Positions 51,109 through 63,200 of a stretch of DNA of 64,000 nt are shown one piece after another. Location: the NCBI GenBank assembly GCA_013265495.1, contig MU061814.1, positions 5,335,684 to 5,399,683 on the forward strand. Reading direction: 5' to 3'. Made by a program: the position numbers and the translations under genes. Source of the stretch: Vicugna vicugna. Its lineage: Eukaryota. Each line of letters starts with the position of its first letter. The first letter of the stretch is position 1. Under the pieces are notes generated by a model. That model searched no databases. It saw only the letters and a list, made by a program, of their open reading frames with translations, and was not told the DNA's origin.

Positions 51109-52233
51109 TTGAGTACCGGGAGGCTGGGGCGGGGCGTGCCCCCCAGAGCAGGAGGGTGCAGGGGGGACGCTGGGAGGAGCGGCTCAGCCGCGGGTCAGGT
51201 GTCCCCCAGTGGGCCCCCAGGTGGGACTGTGACTGGGCTGGGGGCAGAAGGCGGTGGAGACACAGACTCTCAAGGAAGCTGCTGCCAGAGAACAGAAGCA
51301 GATGGTAAGACAGTCCCCGAATGAGACAGGCTTGGGGCGCCTGGAGAGTGACAAGGCAAGGATGGCTCTGCTGTGTGGGAGAAGGGACGGTGCCTGCCAG
51401 GGCTCCCAGGCCACCCTCAGCCTGGAGGAGCTGCTCAGAGGACCCCCAGGCTCCAAGAGCATCATGCCCATGCTGTGACGTGTGCCGGTGAGGCCATATG
51501 ACACGTGGACACCAGCGAGGCCGGCCTGGCCAGTGGGGCCTCCCTGAGACGGCAGCCTTTCTGGATCCCACTGTGTGAGCTCTTCTGCACAGCAAGGCTG
51601 CCAGATCCAAGGGTCATGGGTTCTTCCAAGTGATGGGGAGCCCCTGGGGAGAGCAAGTCTGGGAAGGAAGAGAAGTTACAGGGTGTGGAGCACAAGTTAA
51701 AATGAAGTATTTCAGAAACTCAGGGCAGCCTGGTGGTGAAGGGAGCTGCCTGGTGAGGGAGTGAGGTCCCTGTGGGTGGAGGCAAGCAAGCCGGGGATGA
51801 GGTGCACAGCTGCTGGGAGGTTTGGACTGGGTTCCTGCCCTGGCTATTCAGTTGAGGGCAGGCTCCAGCCTAGCCCTGCAGCCCTGGCTGGGACTCTGCA
51901 CAAGGAAGGGCAGGCCAGGCGGGCTGCAGCGAGAGGTGGAGACTGCAGCAAAGTGGAGAGGCCCACCCTGCCCCAGGAGGCGGCTGCAACTCGGCTCAGC
52001 AGCTCAGCTGACTGGTGCCAGGCGGGAGTGTGGTCAGGACTTCCAGCTCCTCAAGAGAAGCCAGAACCCTGGAATTTATTAGGAAATACCCCCACATCAG
52101 AAAATGTACCAGTGCTTTTGCATTATTGCCCCACACCCCCATGCCTGCAGCCGCCATCAGCCAGGGGCTGCCGCTCGCAGGCCCCGCGGCCCCGCGGCCC
52201 CAGCGGGTTCTGAGCACCCTCTCCCGGCCACAG

Positions 52234-52483
52234 GTTCCTCTACGACTTCTACCACTACTTCTACATGCTGACCAACGCCCTCTTCTACGTCAGCTCCACC
52301 ATCAACCCCATCCTCTACAACCTCGTCTCCGCCAGCTTCCGCCAGACCTTCCTGTCCACCCTGGCCTGCCTCTGTCCCCTGTGGGGGCGCAGGAGGAAGA
52401 GGCCGACCTTCTCGAGGAAGGCTAACAGCGTGTCCAGCAACCACACCTTCTCCAGCAACGTCACCCGGGAAGCGCTGTACTAG
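52234..52483 (+). CDS. NTSR1: NTSR1 coding exon 4 (TM7, helix 8, C-tail, stop TAG)
   Basis: Acceptor ctctcccggccacAG. Translates (P)[32 protein letters not shown]...ACLCP...[18 protein letters not shown], with NPxxY and the CLC palmitoylation motif. Confidence 0.99.
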
Positions 52484-54574
52484 GGCGGCAGGGCTGGGAC
52501 GGGCGGGAGGGGCTGCCACTCAGCCTCCGCCCCTGACTCAGCAGGGGGGTGGCCCAAGTGGGCGCTGCTGCTGTGGGGGGGCCCGCACTCCAGGGGCCCC
52601 CGCTTCTTCTCCACACCTCCTCTCTCCCGTTCCCTCTCCCCCGCCTCCTCTCTTCTTTGAAAGCCAGAGAGAGGTTGATCCAGATCCAAAAAGGGCCTTG
52701 AATGAAGAGAAATTAGTGTTGGGTGGAAGGCAGGCTTCTTTGTTCTCGGACTAATGGATGTCGGGAGAGAAAGAAAGGAGCAGTTGGGGCCAGGCTCCCC
52801 GGCAGCCAGGCCGGCGTGGGGAGGGCGGTGACCCCGAGAGCTGGCGCTGGAAGGAGCCCTGCCGGCAGGACCACCACTGTCCTGGTGCCGCAGAGAAGAC
52901 CCCCATTGCGCCTCCTCAGCTCAGAAGCGAGTCAGCCCCACACGCCGCAGGCACCTGTCCCCACACCTCTCCGAGGACGAGTCCCAGAAGGCTTTGACAT
53001 CTCAAGAGGACAATGAAGGGGCCAGCCTGGTATTACCCCGACCCAGCCCTCCCCGTCTCGCCTGTGGTCAGAGGACGCGAGGCTCTGCAGGGACACCGCA
53101 GGGCAGCTCGGCCTCAAGCCCCTCCATCCCGGCTCTGCAGAATCAAGGCCAGGTCAGTGCAGTCCCAGTGGCCCAGGCCATGACAGGGACGTCCCCGTGC
53201 CCTCTCACAGCCGCTGTCAAGCTGAGCTCCTGCAGCCTGGCTCCGAGCTGCCTCCGGGTGTTCGTCCCAAGGCAGAGGGGAGTCTCAGCTGGGCTCCAAG
53301 AGATGCCAGCCCTGGGGACTGGGCCGCAGGTGAGGAGGAGGAGCCATGGGTACAGGCAGCCCGCTGGCCAGCAGCCAGGCTGAGGCCCAGACCTGTCTGT
53401 CACGGCCACCAGGCAGGCCCAGCCCCAGCTTCGGGTGCCCAGCAGCACAGGCACCTCCTTGGTGTCTGGGAGCCAGTCTCCAGACAGAATGGCCTGGCCC
53501 CAGGAAGGTGCCCTGCGCCAGGGGAAAGCGGATCCCAGGGAAGCTGCCCTGGACCAGCTGGGACCTCGAGTGGCAGAAAGGCCCTGAGAGTGACACGCAG
53601 GCCCTTTGAAGCAGGTTTTCCCTGGGCCTGGGAGCAGGCAGACGGTTGGACAGGCAGACAACCCACGGGGTCAGCCCTGACTTGGGATCAGAGTCAGGGT
53701 CAGCCAGGACTCAGCCTCCCCACCCACAAGCACGGCGAGTTGGAGGCTGCATTGTCCAGTGTCACTTCGGATCTGGACACTCTGCTGTGAATCAATGTAT
53801 GACTTGAGCCCCACAAAATCCTCCTCCAAGCTATTCACCAAGAACAGGGCCACCAGCTGGTCCCCAGGCCAGGCAGCCCTCCCATGACTCAGTGGCCACT
53901 GTCGCCGGGGGAGCCCAGCGGACAGGCCCAAGGTCATTGCAGCCCCCAGCCCGGCCCGGCAAGTGGGCATCTGAGTTCAGCAAAGATCAAGTCCAGGCCC
54001 GGGCATCAGCCTCCAAGAGGAGGGCCTGGGTTCTGTGAACAGGTCCCCAGGCCGCCCCGACATCCCTGGGCCTCGGGCCCCCTTCAGACCCAGCGAGTCC
54101 CCTGAGCCCTGGGCGTGGGCGCGCTCTTCCCACCCACCCAGCCACGACTGGATGTGACGGCCCCGGAGGCCCCAGCCTGGAGTGGACGGAGGGGACGGTT
54201 CCCTGAGGTGGGAGCGGAGCGGACGCGGGATGAGGTGCCCACAGCCCCAGGCGCCGTGGGGGGCAAGTGGGTGGGGCCTGCAGCTGAGCCCCGAGTCCCC
54301 TTTGCTGTGCCCACTTCACGGCACAGGAGGGGACCCGTGTCTGCCCCAGTTCTGGCCACATCTCCTTTCAACCTCAGAGGCCGGCTCTGTGTGCCGTGCA
54401 CGTGGTCTCAGAGCCCAGTGCCCACGTGACCGGTCAACAGTGATGGCAAACCCCCACGGTATGCGCTGGCCCCGCCGCATCACACGTCCTGCAGCGACAG
54501 GGACAACCCCTGCCTCTCAGGAAAGGAGTAAAGGAGACTGTGGACCCCGCGACCTGCCCCCTGAGGGGGCCAGC

Positions 54575-54640
54575 ACTCACTCATTCCTCATCAGACGTTC
54601 ACTGGCGCGCATACGGCCCTGCGCTGGGCTCTTTCACCAA
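54575..54640 (-). mobile_element. Degenerate L2 3' end within the 3'UTR
   Basis: CACTCACTCATTCCTCATCAGACGTTCACTGG...GCCCTGCGCTGGGC. Confidence 0.35.
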
Positions 54641-55426
54641 AAACATCTTGGCTCTGGGCCCATCTCTCAAAGGCTGGGGGCCGGGGACCGGGTCCCCCAG
54701 CTCGGGTCCTGCCCCCACCCAGAGCTTTAAGAAGCCACTTGTGCAGGGGCAGGCCCCTCCTGAGCCACGGGGTCCCGTGGGGCCTGGAGCTGGGGAGACC
54801 TGGATCCACACTGGCCACGTGGCAACATCCTGCCTCTCAGTGTCCTGATCTGTGGCCTGGGCACAGGGGAGGCCCAATGGAGAGGGGGTGCAGGGTCCTG
54901 TGACTGTTTGACTCTGGTCTCCAAGGCCCCTCAACCAGCCTAGGGACCTGAGGGACCAAGGCAGCTTCTCCCCGGGGGCCAGCAGTTGGGGACGCGGGGC
55001 AGGGCAGCACTAAGCCTGCCCCCTGGCTCAGCCACCCCGCCTGGACCCTCCCACCCGGAGATGCCTTCTGCATCGGGGAGTGCCCCTCCGCTCTGCTCTT
55101 CCCCTGCTCCACCTTCAGCCCCCACAGCAGGGCTCCTGATGGCCCCCAGCCTGGGGGATGAGGAGGGAAGCGTCCTTCTAGACTGCAGGCTCCCGTCCTC
55201 CCCCCGTGAGCCTCCTTGGCAGTCTTCCCCGCGGTCCCCCTTCACTCATTCATTCACCTGCCAGGTGCCCCTTCATCAAGTGACTCGACGTCCCATTCTG
55301 ATGGGCACGGGGCGAGGGCTGAGGCTCCCGGCCTCTGCACTTACGAGTCACCGGCCTCATCAGCAAGGAAGTCCCAGGACTCCCACTCCAGTAGGTGCAC
55401 TGACATTTTACGAGAATATCCAAAGA

Positions 55427-55432
55427 AATAAA
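55427..55432 (+). terminator. Putative polyadenylation signal AATAAA for NTSR1
   Basis: CAAAGAAATAAAACTC about 2.9 kb after the stop, in a locally AT-richer patch. Confidence 0.65.
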
Positions 55433-56010
55433 ACTCTAACACAGGAATTTCAGGCTCATCATGGAGAAAGAAATTTGGGGCAGTGGCAGGCAGTCCCAGA
55501 CCCTAGTCGCACCTCAGTGCCACAGTCCCATGAGGCCAGAGCTCTGGATAAGCCCCTCCGGCCTCCTGCAGGTTTTCTGAGCTCCGGGCCCTGTTCCAGC
55601 AGCACAGGGACAGGAGAGGAATCCACTCTCCTACAGGAAGGCACCTCTGGCCCCATCGCTGTCGCTAGGCAACAGGGGGAGGACTTGGGAGAGAATTCCA
55701 TACATTTTAAAATACATTTGAAGAAAGAAAAAAAAAGCCAGTAGCTGGCTCCGGAGCCTGAGTACAGAAAAAACCCCTCCTTCTCTCCCTCCCTCTCCCC
55801 TCCCCACCCCACCTTCCTCTCACTGCCCCCCACCGCTTCCCACAATTATGATTTGAATTCCAGTTTTTATCAGAACACCATGGAAACCACGTCCAGGCTG
55901 AATTCACGAAGGGAATGACTCCGCGTGGAGAGAACGGGGCAAGGCGGGGCCAGGAGCCACTGGGGAAGGGGAGACCCAGAGCTGGGGCCCGCGGACACGC
56001 CCAGCCTGCA

Positions 56011-56080
56011 CCCTGACCCTAACCCTAACCCTAACCCTAACCCTCACCCTAACCCTAATCCTCACCCTCACCCTAACCCT
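56011..56080. repeat. Interstitial telomeric repeat (CCCTAA)n with variant units
   Basis: About 11.7 hexamers: 7 CCCTAA, 1 CCCTGA, 2 CCCTCA, 1 TCCTCA and a partial CCCT. Confidence 0.95.
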
Positions 56081-58139
56081 CCCGGCCCGCCGGCCTGCTC
56101 CCCGGGTCAGAGAGGGCGCCAGTTCTCAGCCTGCGGGCCAGCTCACGAGGGGGTCAGCCAGCCCCTGGGCGCCCAGACACCGCCCTCCTGTCTGCCTGGG
56201 CCCCGCCCCGCCCCACCTCCCCTCCTCCCTCTGGGGTGAAGAGAGAGATGTGGGGGACTCATCCTGCTCCCAGAACCCCCCCGGGAGCCCCAGCCAGGCC
56301 CAGAATCAGGGCCCAAAGCAAGAGCCCCTCCCCTCAGTTCCTACCATCCCCGACCTGTTTCAAGAATGACGGGGTTCCTTGCGGGAGGGCTGTAGCACAG
56401 ACTGGGGCTCAGGCCCCACTCTGCACCCCAGGGCCTTGGGTTTGGAGCCTGCCGGCAGTGGCCAGGTCAGGGACCCTGCAGAGAGGTGCCTGCCTCCCTC
56501 CGCCCTGAGGGCCCCCTGCCCCGGGCGCCAGGCTCCGCCAGCTCATCCAGTTCCCCACACAGGGCTCCGCTCCCCAGCCCGGGGGCGGCTGAGCTGCTGA
56601 CACTGGACTGCCTGTCACGGTGCCAGTGGAACGGGGTGCAGTGAGAAGACAAGCCCCCTGACGGCTACTTCCGAGGACCAGCCAGCCGAGCAGTCGCCCC
56701 CCGTGACCCCGCAATCTGCTCATTTTGACTGCACGGGGCCCGGCATTGAAAAGGCACTCAAAACTCTAGCGAACAAGCTGACACATGTCCACCGCCCTAG
56801 CCAGTTCTTGCTGGAGACGCGGCAGGGTCCCTGTCCTGGGGCGCACGTGGAGCTGGGCCCCAAACAGGTGACCAGGATGCTCTGGCCTAGGGCAGGCCTG
56901 CCGGCCGGTCACTGCTGCAGCAGGACGCCTGGAGAGCCGGCCAGCCTGTGGTGTCCCCTGGGATGACACTGATGTCCTTAAATGTGCGGCCACCTGCGCT
57001 GCTCAGCAGAGGGAGAGCTGACAGCAGCGCCACTGCCTGCGGGCACAGCCCGGGGCCAGGTGACCATGCCTGGCTTTCTGTGAGGAAGCGGCCCTGAGGG
57101 TTGGGATGGACGGAGCCCCAGAGGGAAGCGGCAGGTGTGGGTGCATCTCGGAGCGGGACCAACGCCAGAAAAGGGGGGCATGAGACCACCTGTCCTCCTC
57201 CCCCAGGGGTCTCCCCCAAGAAGTGGCACCATTTCATCGCCCCCCCGGCCCCGCCGCCACCGCTCAGGGGGCCCCGCAAGGTGGATGAAGGCCCGATGGG
57301 CTCCCAGGCCCCCGGTCTCTTGGGAGGACGGGCGTGTTCCTGGGCTCTGCCTCCTAGTGTACAATCTGAACAGAACTTCCAGAGGGACATCCTGCTCGAG
57401 CCGTGTTGCCAGCTGTTCCATCAGTTTAAAGACCCAAGCCCCACCACCTCTGCCCCCGCAGGACCCACAGACGTACCTTATAAGTCACGTCACACTGGCC
57501 ACTCCGGGGCTGCCGGGCAGACATCCCGGGGGGCGGCTGTGACGGGGGAGCCGGGGTGTCTGCAGGCTCCACCTGCAGTCACCGAGCTGGGAGCACGTGT
57601 TGTGGGGACTGATGCTTCCCCTAGACCTGCCCTCCACCCCCTCACAAGGGTTGGAGGATCGATCCCCTGCCCGGTAGCTGTGGGTAACCCCGAGAGAGTG
57701 TCCTGCCCTGACCGTGTCCCCAGACCCCAGGCCAAAACTGTCCTGGCCCTTCCAGGGACTACCTCCCAGAGAGTTGACCAGGACTCAAGTCCTCATCTCA
57801 GGGTGGTCCTGGGAAATAGCCCCCCCGGGGTGGGATATGGGGATGAGTCCCAAGGGCCCAGTTGCTGATTGTAAGTGGGGGTCCGAGCCAGAGAATAAAG
57901 AAAGACATTAACCCAGAAGCCCATACTGGCCGTTTTGGTTGTCCTTCAAGTTTTAACTTCCCTCCGAATCCACCTGCTAGGTTGTTCAGGGAGGGAATTG
58001 GGACCAGGGGTGGATGGAAAGGGAACGAGGCCCCAGGGTGGGCGGGGCTGCGGAAGGAGCGCCCGGACCTGGTCCCCCACCCGGGGTCCCCGCCTGTCTA
58101 GCTTGCTGTGTGCGCATTCATCTTCAAAATGCAAAACCT

Positions 58140-58210
58140 TCATCTTTTATTATAAAAGTGATTCATTCCCTTGTGAAAAATTTAAATAACATGAAAGAGT
58201 ACAAAGCGCA
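58140..58210 (-). mobile_element. Old L1 (L1ME-like) 3'-tail remnant
   Basis: TTTTATTATAAAAGTGATTCAT...GTGAAAAATTTAAATAACATGAAAGAGTA. Confidence 0.45.
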
Positions 58211-58839
58211 GGGCGGAGTCTCGGCGTCGTGCCTGGCCCCCCCCCCCCAGGTGAGAGCTGCCGGCAGGCGGGCGAGCAGCCTGCCCGGGGCTGTGGGCAC
58301 CGCCAGCTGCTGCCATGAAAACACTCCAGCCTCGAGCGGCACACGAGCTCACGCTGGCACACACTTACACGTGCACACACGCACACACGTCTGAGGCCGT
58401 CAGTGCACACAGGATTCCCCACTTCCTTTGTGTGCACTTGGAAAGCCATGTTTTAGACACAAAGTTAAATTCCTGACATCCCGGTATTTCCAAAAGCAAA
58501 TACCTGTCCTATGCAGTGTGAGGTCCCTGTCCCCAGAGCAGCCAAGCAGAGGATGTATCGTGTCTCAACAGGCCTCAGCTGACCCCCTGGGAGCCCAGAG
58601 ATGGCCCTTCAGGGGGCCTGGGGTGCGGGGCCCCTTGCTCCCCTCCCCCTTCCTTTATTCAGCCTCACAGGATGCAGCCCAGGGGAGGCGGGGGAGGGGG
58701 CGCCAAAGAGGGGGCGGGGACAGGGAGGAGGGGGATGGCAGGGAAGGGACGCGGAACCCCCTCTGCTGCCCTCTCTCGGGTTGTGCGACCTCACAGCAGC
58801 CCCTGGGCCCCTGGGCCCCAAACAGGGCAGGGGATGGCT

Positions 58840-58875
58840 CCTTTCCTGATGAGGAAACTGGGGCCTGGGGGAGGC
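58840..58875 (-). mobile_element. MIR core fragment
   Basis: TGATGAGGAAACTGGGGCCTGG. Confidence 0.4.
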
Positions 58876-60129
58876 TCTGCCCGGCGGCAAGGCAGAGGAC
58901 ACGTGGGTCTCGCAGCTCCGGCCCAGCCCTCTTTCCACCAGGACTCCGTCCCCGACTGTACCCCTGGCCACAGGACTACCGGCCCCTGGGCAGTCGCTCA
59001 GCCCACCTGCCCCCACACCAAGAGTCCCTTTACTGTCCCTTATTCCTCCAAATGGGCTTTTCCCCAGAAGACTGACGAGCACATGGGTCACAGCCTCTGC
59101 AGCCTGCGGGGCCGCATCGAGGAGCCGGGGCCAGCTGAGGGCCAGCGTCATCTGAGGAGCCTGATGAAGGCGTGAAAACTTATTTCAAAGTCGCCAGCAC
59201 CACCTGTGGTGCCTCAGTGGCCGCAGGGAAGGAGCCCCCCAAAAAAGCGTTAGACTCTGCCCACCTCCTGCCCAAGAAGCAGCGGATTCCCCACCCTCCA
59301 GGCCCAACGTGGCCGCACTCCCGGGAGGCTGCTCGGAGGAGGCAGCGAGGGGCAGCCTTGACTGCTCTCCCCCAGAGCCCACCGAGTGGGTGGAGATTCC
59401 CACAGCAGGTGTACCTGAGCCCCCCGTGAGTGCCAGGCCTGGGCTGTTCAGGGCCCCGTGGTGAGCAGGGCGGGGCCCTGGGGCTGGAGGGATGGGCAGG
59501 ACAGACGAGAATGAGGAAAACAGTCACAAACGGGCTCTTGGGGGGCAGATGGAGACAGTGGCTGGGAGGAGCAGGCGTCTCTCGGGGGCTGGGATGGTGA
59601 CACCCGTGTGGTCGGAGCCGGGGTGCCAAGGGCAGTAGGAGGACAGGTGGCAGGGCTGGACCTCATACCTGGCTTTATTCCCAGCTCCTTGGGGACGTGA
59701 GGGTACACAATACAGACCCCCGAGAGTCACCCCCATCCCGGAGCTGGCCCAGCCCAGCAGTTGGGACCCTGGGGCCCGGCAGAGCCGTGCCAGCAGGGAG
59801 CCAGCACTGCTGGCTCTGTTGGTCCACATCAGTCACCTCTCCTGGACCCAGACTGCCCTTAATCACCTAGTTCCTTCCCTGGGCAGTCAGTCCGGCTCCT
59901 CTGCATGACCTCGTCATTCATCCACATTACAAAGTGACGCTTCCAGCAGGGACTGGGAAAGGCGGCACCAACCAGTAACGCTGCAAAGCAGGGCCCTACC
60001 TCCCGTCTGCCGGCACGGACCCCACCCACCAGAGGTGACCCCAGGGCTGAAGGAGGCCGGGAGCTGTCCACACAGTCCCCCACATCCGTCTGCAGTCCCT
60101 GTGGGCCTTCCACTCATCTGCATCTGTCT

Positions 60130-60185
60130 CCATCACTCAACAGGTTTAATGAGCACCTGCTGTATGCACCCAGCCAGGGGGCAGC
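60130..60185 (-). mobile_element. L2 3'-end fragment
   Basis: CACTCAACAGGTTTAATGAGCACCTGCTGTATGC. Confidence 0.55.
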
Positions 60186-61639
60186 GGCTCATCTCGTGTT
60201 CAGGGGGAGAGCACTCCACAGCCCCGTCCAGGCCCCCTCAGCGCAGCCCCCTGTGGACTGAGAATGTCGCCTGCCACGTCAGTAAACGGGGGATGCTGTG
60301 GCACCAAGCCCTCAGCCACTGCAGCCGCCCACAGGGTGCGCCAGAGGGGCGCCGGGAAGGAAAGAGCAGACACAGCCCCCCAGGGCTCGGGTGCTCATCG
60401 CAGGAGGGATTCCAGCGAGCCTGGGCGTCGCCCTTCCCAAGCCCGGGCCCGTACAGGTCGACAGACTCCAAAAACAGAACAAGACTCTCCCCTGGTGCGA
60501 AGAGGAAAAGAGTCCCCTCCCTTTCTCTTTCAGGGTTTAGGCTAGAAAGCATGGATTACACGTCCCTTCGAGAGGAACATACATCTTTTTAAAGCCTAAA
60601 TAAGCCTCCAGCCGGCTTCCAGCCCAGGCCTGTCTTTCTCAGGGACCTGGGAACTGCAGCCACCGGGGAGACGGCGCCGCCTCCCAGCCCCTGCAGGGGC
60701 AGGAGTCTGACCCCGAGCCCCTCCTGTCATTAGGGATGTGGGGGGAGGTTTTTCCTTCGGGTAAAGCCGATCGGCTAACACAGATGGTCATCCCCATTGG
60801 CAGGTGGCTTTAGGATGAAATATATGTGACAAATGGTGCCGCCAAGCCCCGAGACGTGAGGACGAGCATGTGTGCACCTGGAAGACATGTGGGCAGTGGG
60901 TGTGTCTCCTTGGCTCTTGAAAAGGTGTGATTTCCTCCTGTCTTTGCATCTCTTAGCAGATGGCCCGGGATGCACGTCCCATCCCGGTTTGTGCTCGCTC
61001 GAGAGGGAACCTGTTTTCTTTCTTCTCTACCTTTGTGGAGAGTTTTCTCGGGTTGGCAGGTTCCCTCTACTTCTTTCTCCCCAACACCCCAGCTCCGCGT
61101 GACCCTGCGTGACTCCGCCTGACTCCAAGGGCCACCGTGCTCCCGCTGCCATGTCCCCTTCACGTTACATGGCTATTTTCCAGTTTGAAGCTGCTTGACT
61201 TTCATACCCAGAGACGTGGCTTCTTCTCAGAGAAGAGCCCACGTGCCGGGAGAGAATGGAGCATACTGCCGAGACGCTGGCACTCCTGAGGACAGAAGGC
61301 AAACCCGGCCCGGCCCCTGCCTCCTCCAGGACGCACTCAGCCCAGCTCAGCAGACACCCTGCCGTCTGGGGCAGTGGGAGGCTCGAGCCGGCTGAGCTGG
61401 GGTGCAGTTGCTTTGTCATCCAACCAGAAAGCCAACCCCGCATCTAACACAAGGAGCAGCTCCGACAGCCCTGCTGCTGCTGGCCGCAAACACGGGGCTG
61501 AGCTCGGGGCTCCGTGGCAGGGCATGCCGGTGGGCGGCTTTAAATGGCTTTCCACTCATCGCTTTCCAAACGTACAAGTCTCTGTGCGAGCCCTGACCCA
61601 GGCCTGATTCTGCACCTTGTCTTTTTATCGTTTTTTTTT

Positions 61640-62405
61640 TAAATACATCATTTTCATGCACGTATGTACAATTTTTCAGATGGGGAATATCAGCACACAG
61701 GGCAGCACAAAGGAGGCGCGAAACTGATGCAGAGAAGCCCCACTGCCCCTGCCCCTCCGCCCCCTGGTCCTCCCCAGAGGCAGCCCCCCAGGACGTCTCT
61801 GCTCTCCCCGAGCGAGAAGTCGCAGCACAGGGACACGGCTGGCGGGGCCCTTCTGTTAGCACCAAGCCCTCCCCCTGTAACTGTGGTTGTGGGTCCTTCC
61901 ACATCAGACTCACACACAGGTCTGCCTTGCCCTCGGGAGCAGAATGCCCGCCCCAAGCCCCAGAGCCGTGTCGTGTGACAGGGCAGAGGAACCTGGCAGA
62001 TGTGAATCAGGAAGGGAGCGCATAAATACATCATTTTCATGCACGTATGTACAATTTTTCAGATGGGGAATATCAGCACACAGGGCAGCACAAAGGAGGC
62101 GCGAAACTGATGCAGAGAAGCCCCACTGCCCCTGCCCCTCCGCCCCCTGGTCCTCCCCAGAGGCAGCCCCCCAGGACGTCTCTGCTCTCCCCGAGCGAGA
62201 AGTCGCAGCACAGGGACACGGCTGGCGGGGCCCTTCTGTTAGCACCAAGCCCTCCCCCTGTAACTGTGGTTGTGGGTCCTTCCACATCAGACTCACACAC
62301 AGGTCTGCCTTGCCCTCGGGAGCAGAATGCCCGCCCCAAGCCCCAGAGCCGTGTCGTGTGACAGGGCAGAGGAACCTGGCAGATGTGAATCAGGAAGGGA
62401 GCGCA
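61640..62405. repeat. 383-bp direct tandem duplication (61640-62022 / 62023-62405)
   Basis: Both copies start TAAATACATCATTTTC and end GAAGGGAGCGCA. ORFs 61664 and 62047, 383 nt apart, translate identically. Confidence 0.97.
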
Positions 62406-62839
62406 TCCTGGATTCGCAGGTGGGCCCAACGTGGCTGCACGAGCACCACCTGGGCGAACAAGCAGCAGCCCCCCCGCGGAGCCTCCAGAAGGAGCAGAGG
62501 ACGGGGGGCGGCCCAGCCCCGCCCAGGGGTCTCGTCTGCTTTGCACCGTGAGAGTCGAGTCGGCGAATGGTGCTGCTGGCCGCGGCTACACCGGTGATGT
62601 GTTGTGGCCCCTCAGGGAAGCTACACCCGGCCGCCCGTGCCCTGTTGGTGCCAGCCTGCCTCCTTTTCAGTCTTGCCGTAAGAAAGCCTCGCGGTAACCA
62701 CCCCTGCAGGTCCGTCTGGGGCGCATGCTGGGGAGGTAAACCCGCCTGTGAGCCCTGAGTTCGCCCTCTCCCCTGGGCTGTGCCGAGGCGGCGCCTGCGT
62801 GGACCCGGCTCACCTGCAAGCCCCTCCAGGTGTGAGCAG

Positions 62840-62890
62840 GCCTGGCCACCAACAGACTCAGCAAGTATTTGTCAAATGAGGTGAATCTGT
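62840..62890 (+). mobile_element. L2 3'-end fragment
   Basis: CTCAGCAAGTATTTGTCAAATGAGGTGAAT. Confidence 0.45.
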
Positions 62891-63124
62891 GTGGCTGAAA
62901 TGGAGTCTAACGCTGTCGTGTTGAAAACAAAGCGAAGAACCTGCAGCAGGCAGAGTGGGCTTCCCTTTTTTTTAATTAGGTGAATTACAGATGGCAAACC
63001 ACGCTTCTGGGCACAGCGCCTGGTGGGCTGTTTGTAGCCAGAATGCCCTCTCCCATGCAGTGACCACTCGTTCAGGTTTCATAATAACCATCTTCATCAG
63101 CACAGAGACAGTGTTTACATTCTC

Positions 63125-63200
63125 CAATTTTTTATTATGAAAAGTGTCAAACATACAGAAAAGCTGAGTGAACAGGACAGTGGGCACCTGGTTGTCAACC
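63125..63200 (-). mobile_element. Old L1 (L1ME-like) 3'-tail remnant
   Basis: TTTTTATTATGAAAAGTGTCAAACATACAGAAAAG. Confidence 0.55.

Larger units (their letters stand above)
52484..55460 (+). other. NTSR1: NTSR1 3'UTR (end approximate)
   Basis: Runs from the stop codon to the first AATAAA I could find downstream. Confidence 0.6.

Noticed and set aside
51254-51478. 74-aa ORF in intron 3 as an alternative C-terminus
   Set aside because: GTG start, no similarity to TM7 or any known domain, and it lies after the TGA at 51110.
10690-53895. Scattered AP-1 (TGASTCA) motifs, about 10 noticed
   Set aside because: Close to the ~8 expected by chance and not clustered.
55925-56239. ORF with a PNPNPNPH repeat
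   Set aside because: Simply the translation of the (CCCTAA)n array.
61664-62361. Two identical 104-aa ORFs as a gene pair
   Set aside because: By-product of the 383-bp duplication; no coding signature.
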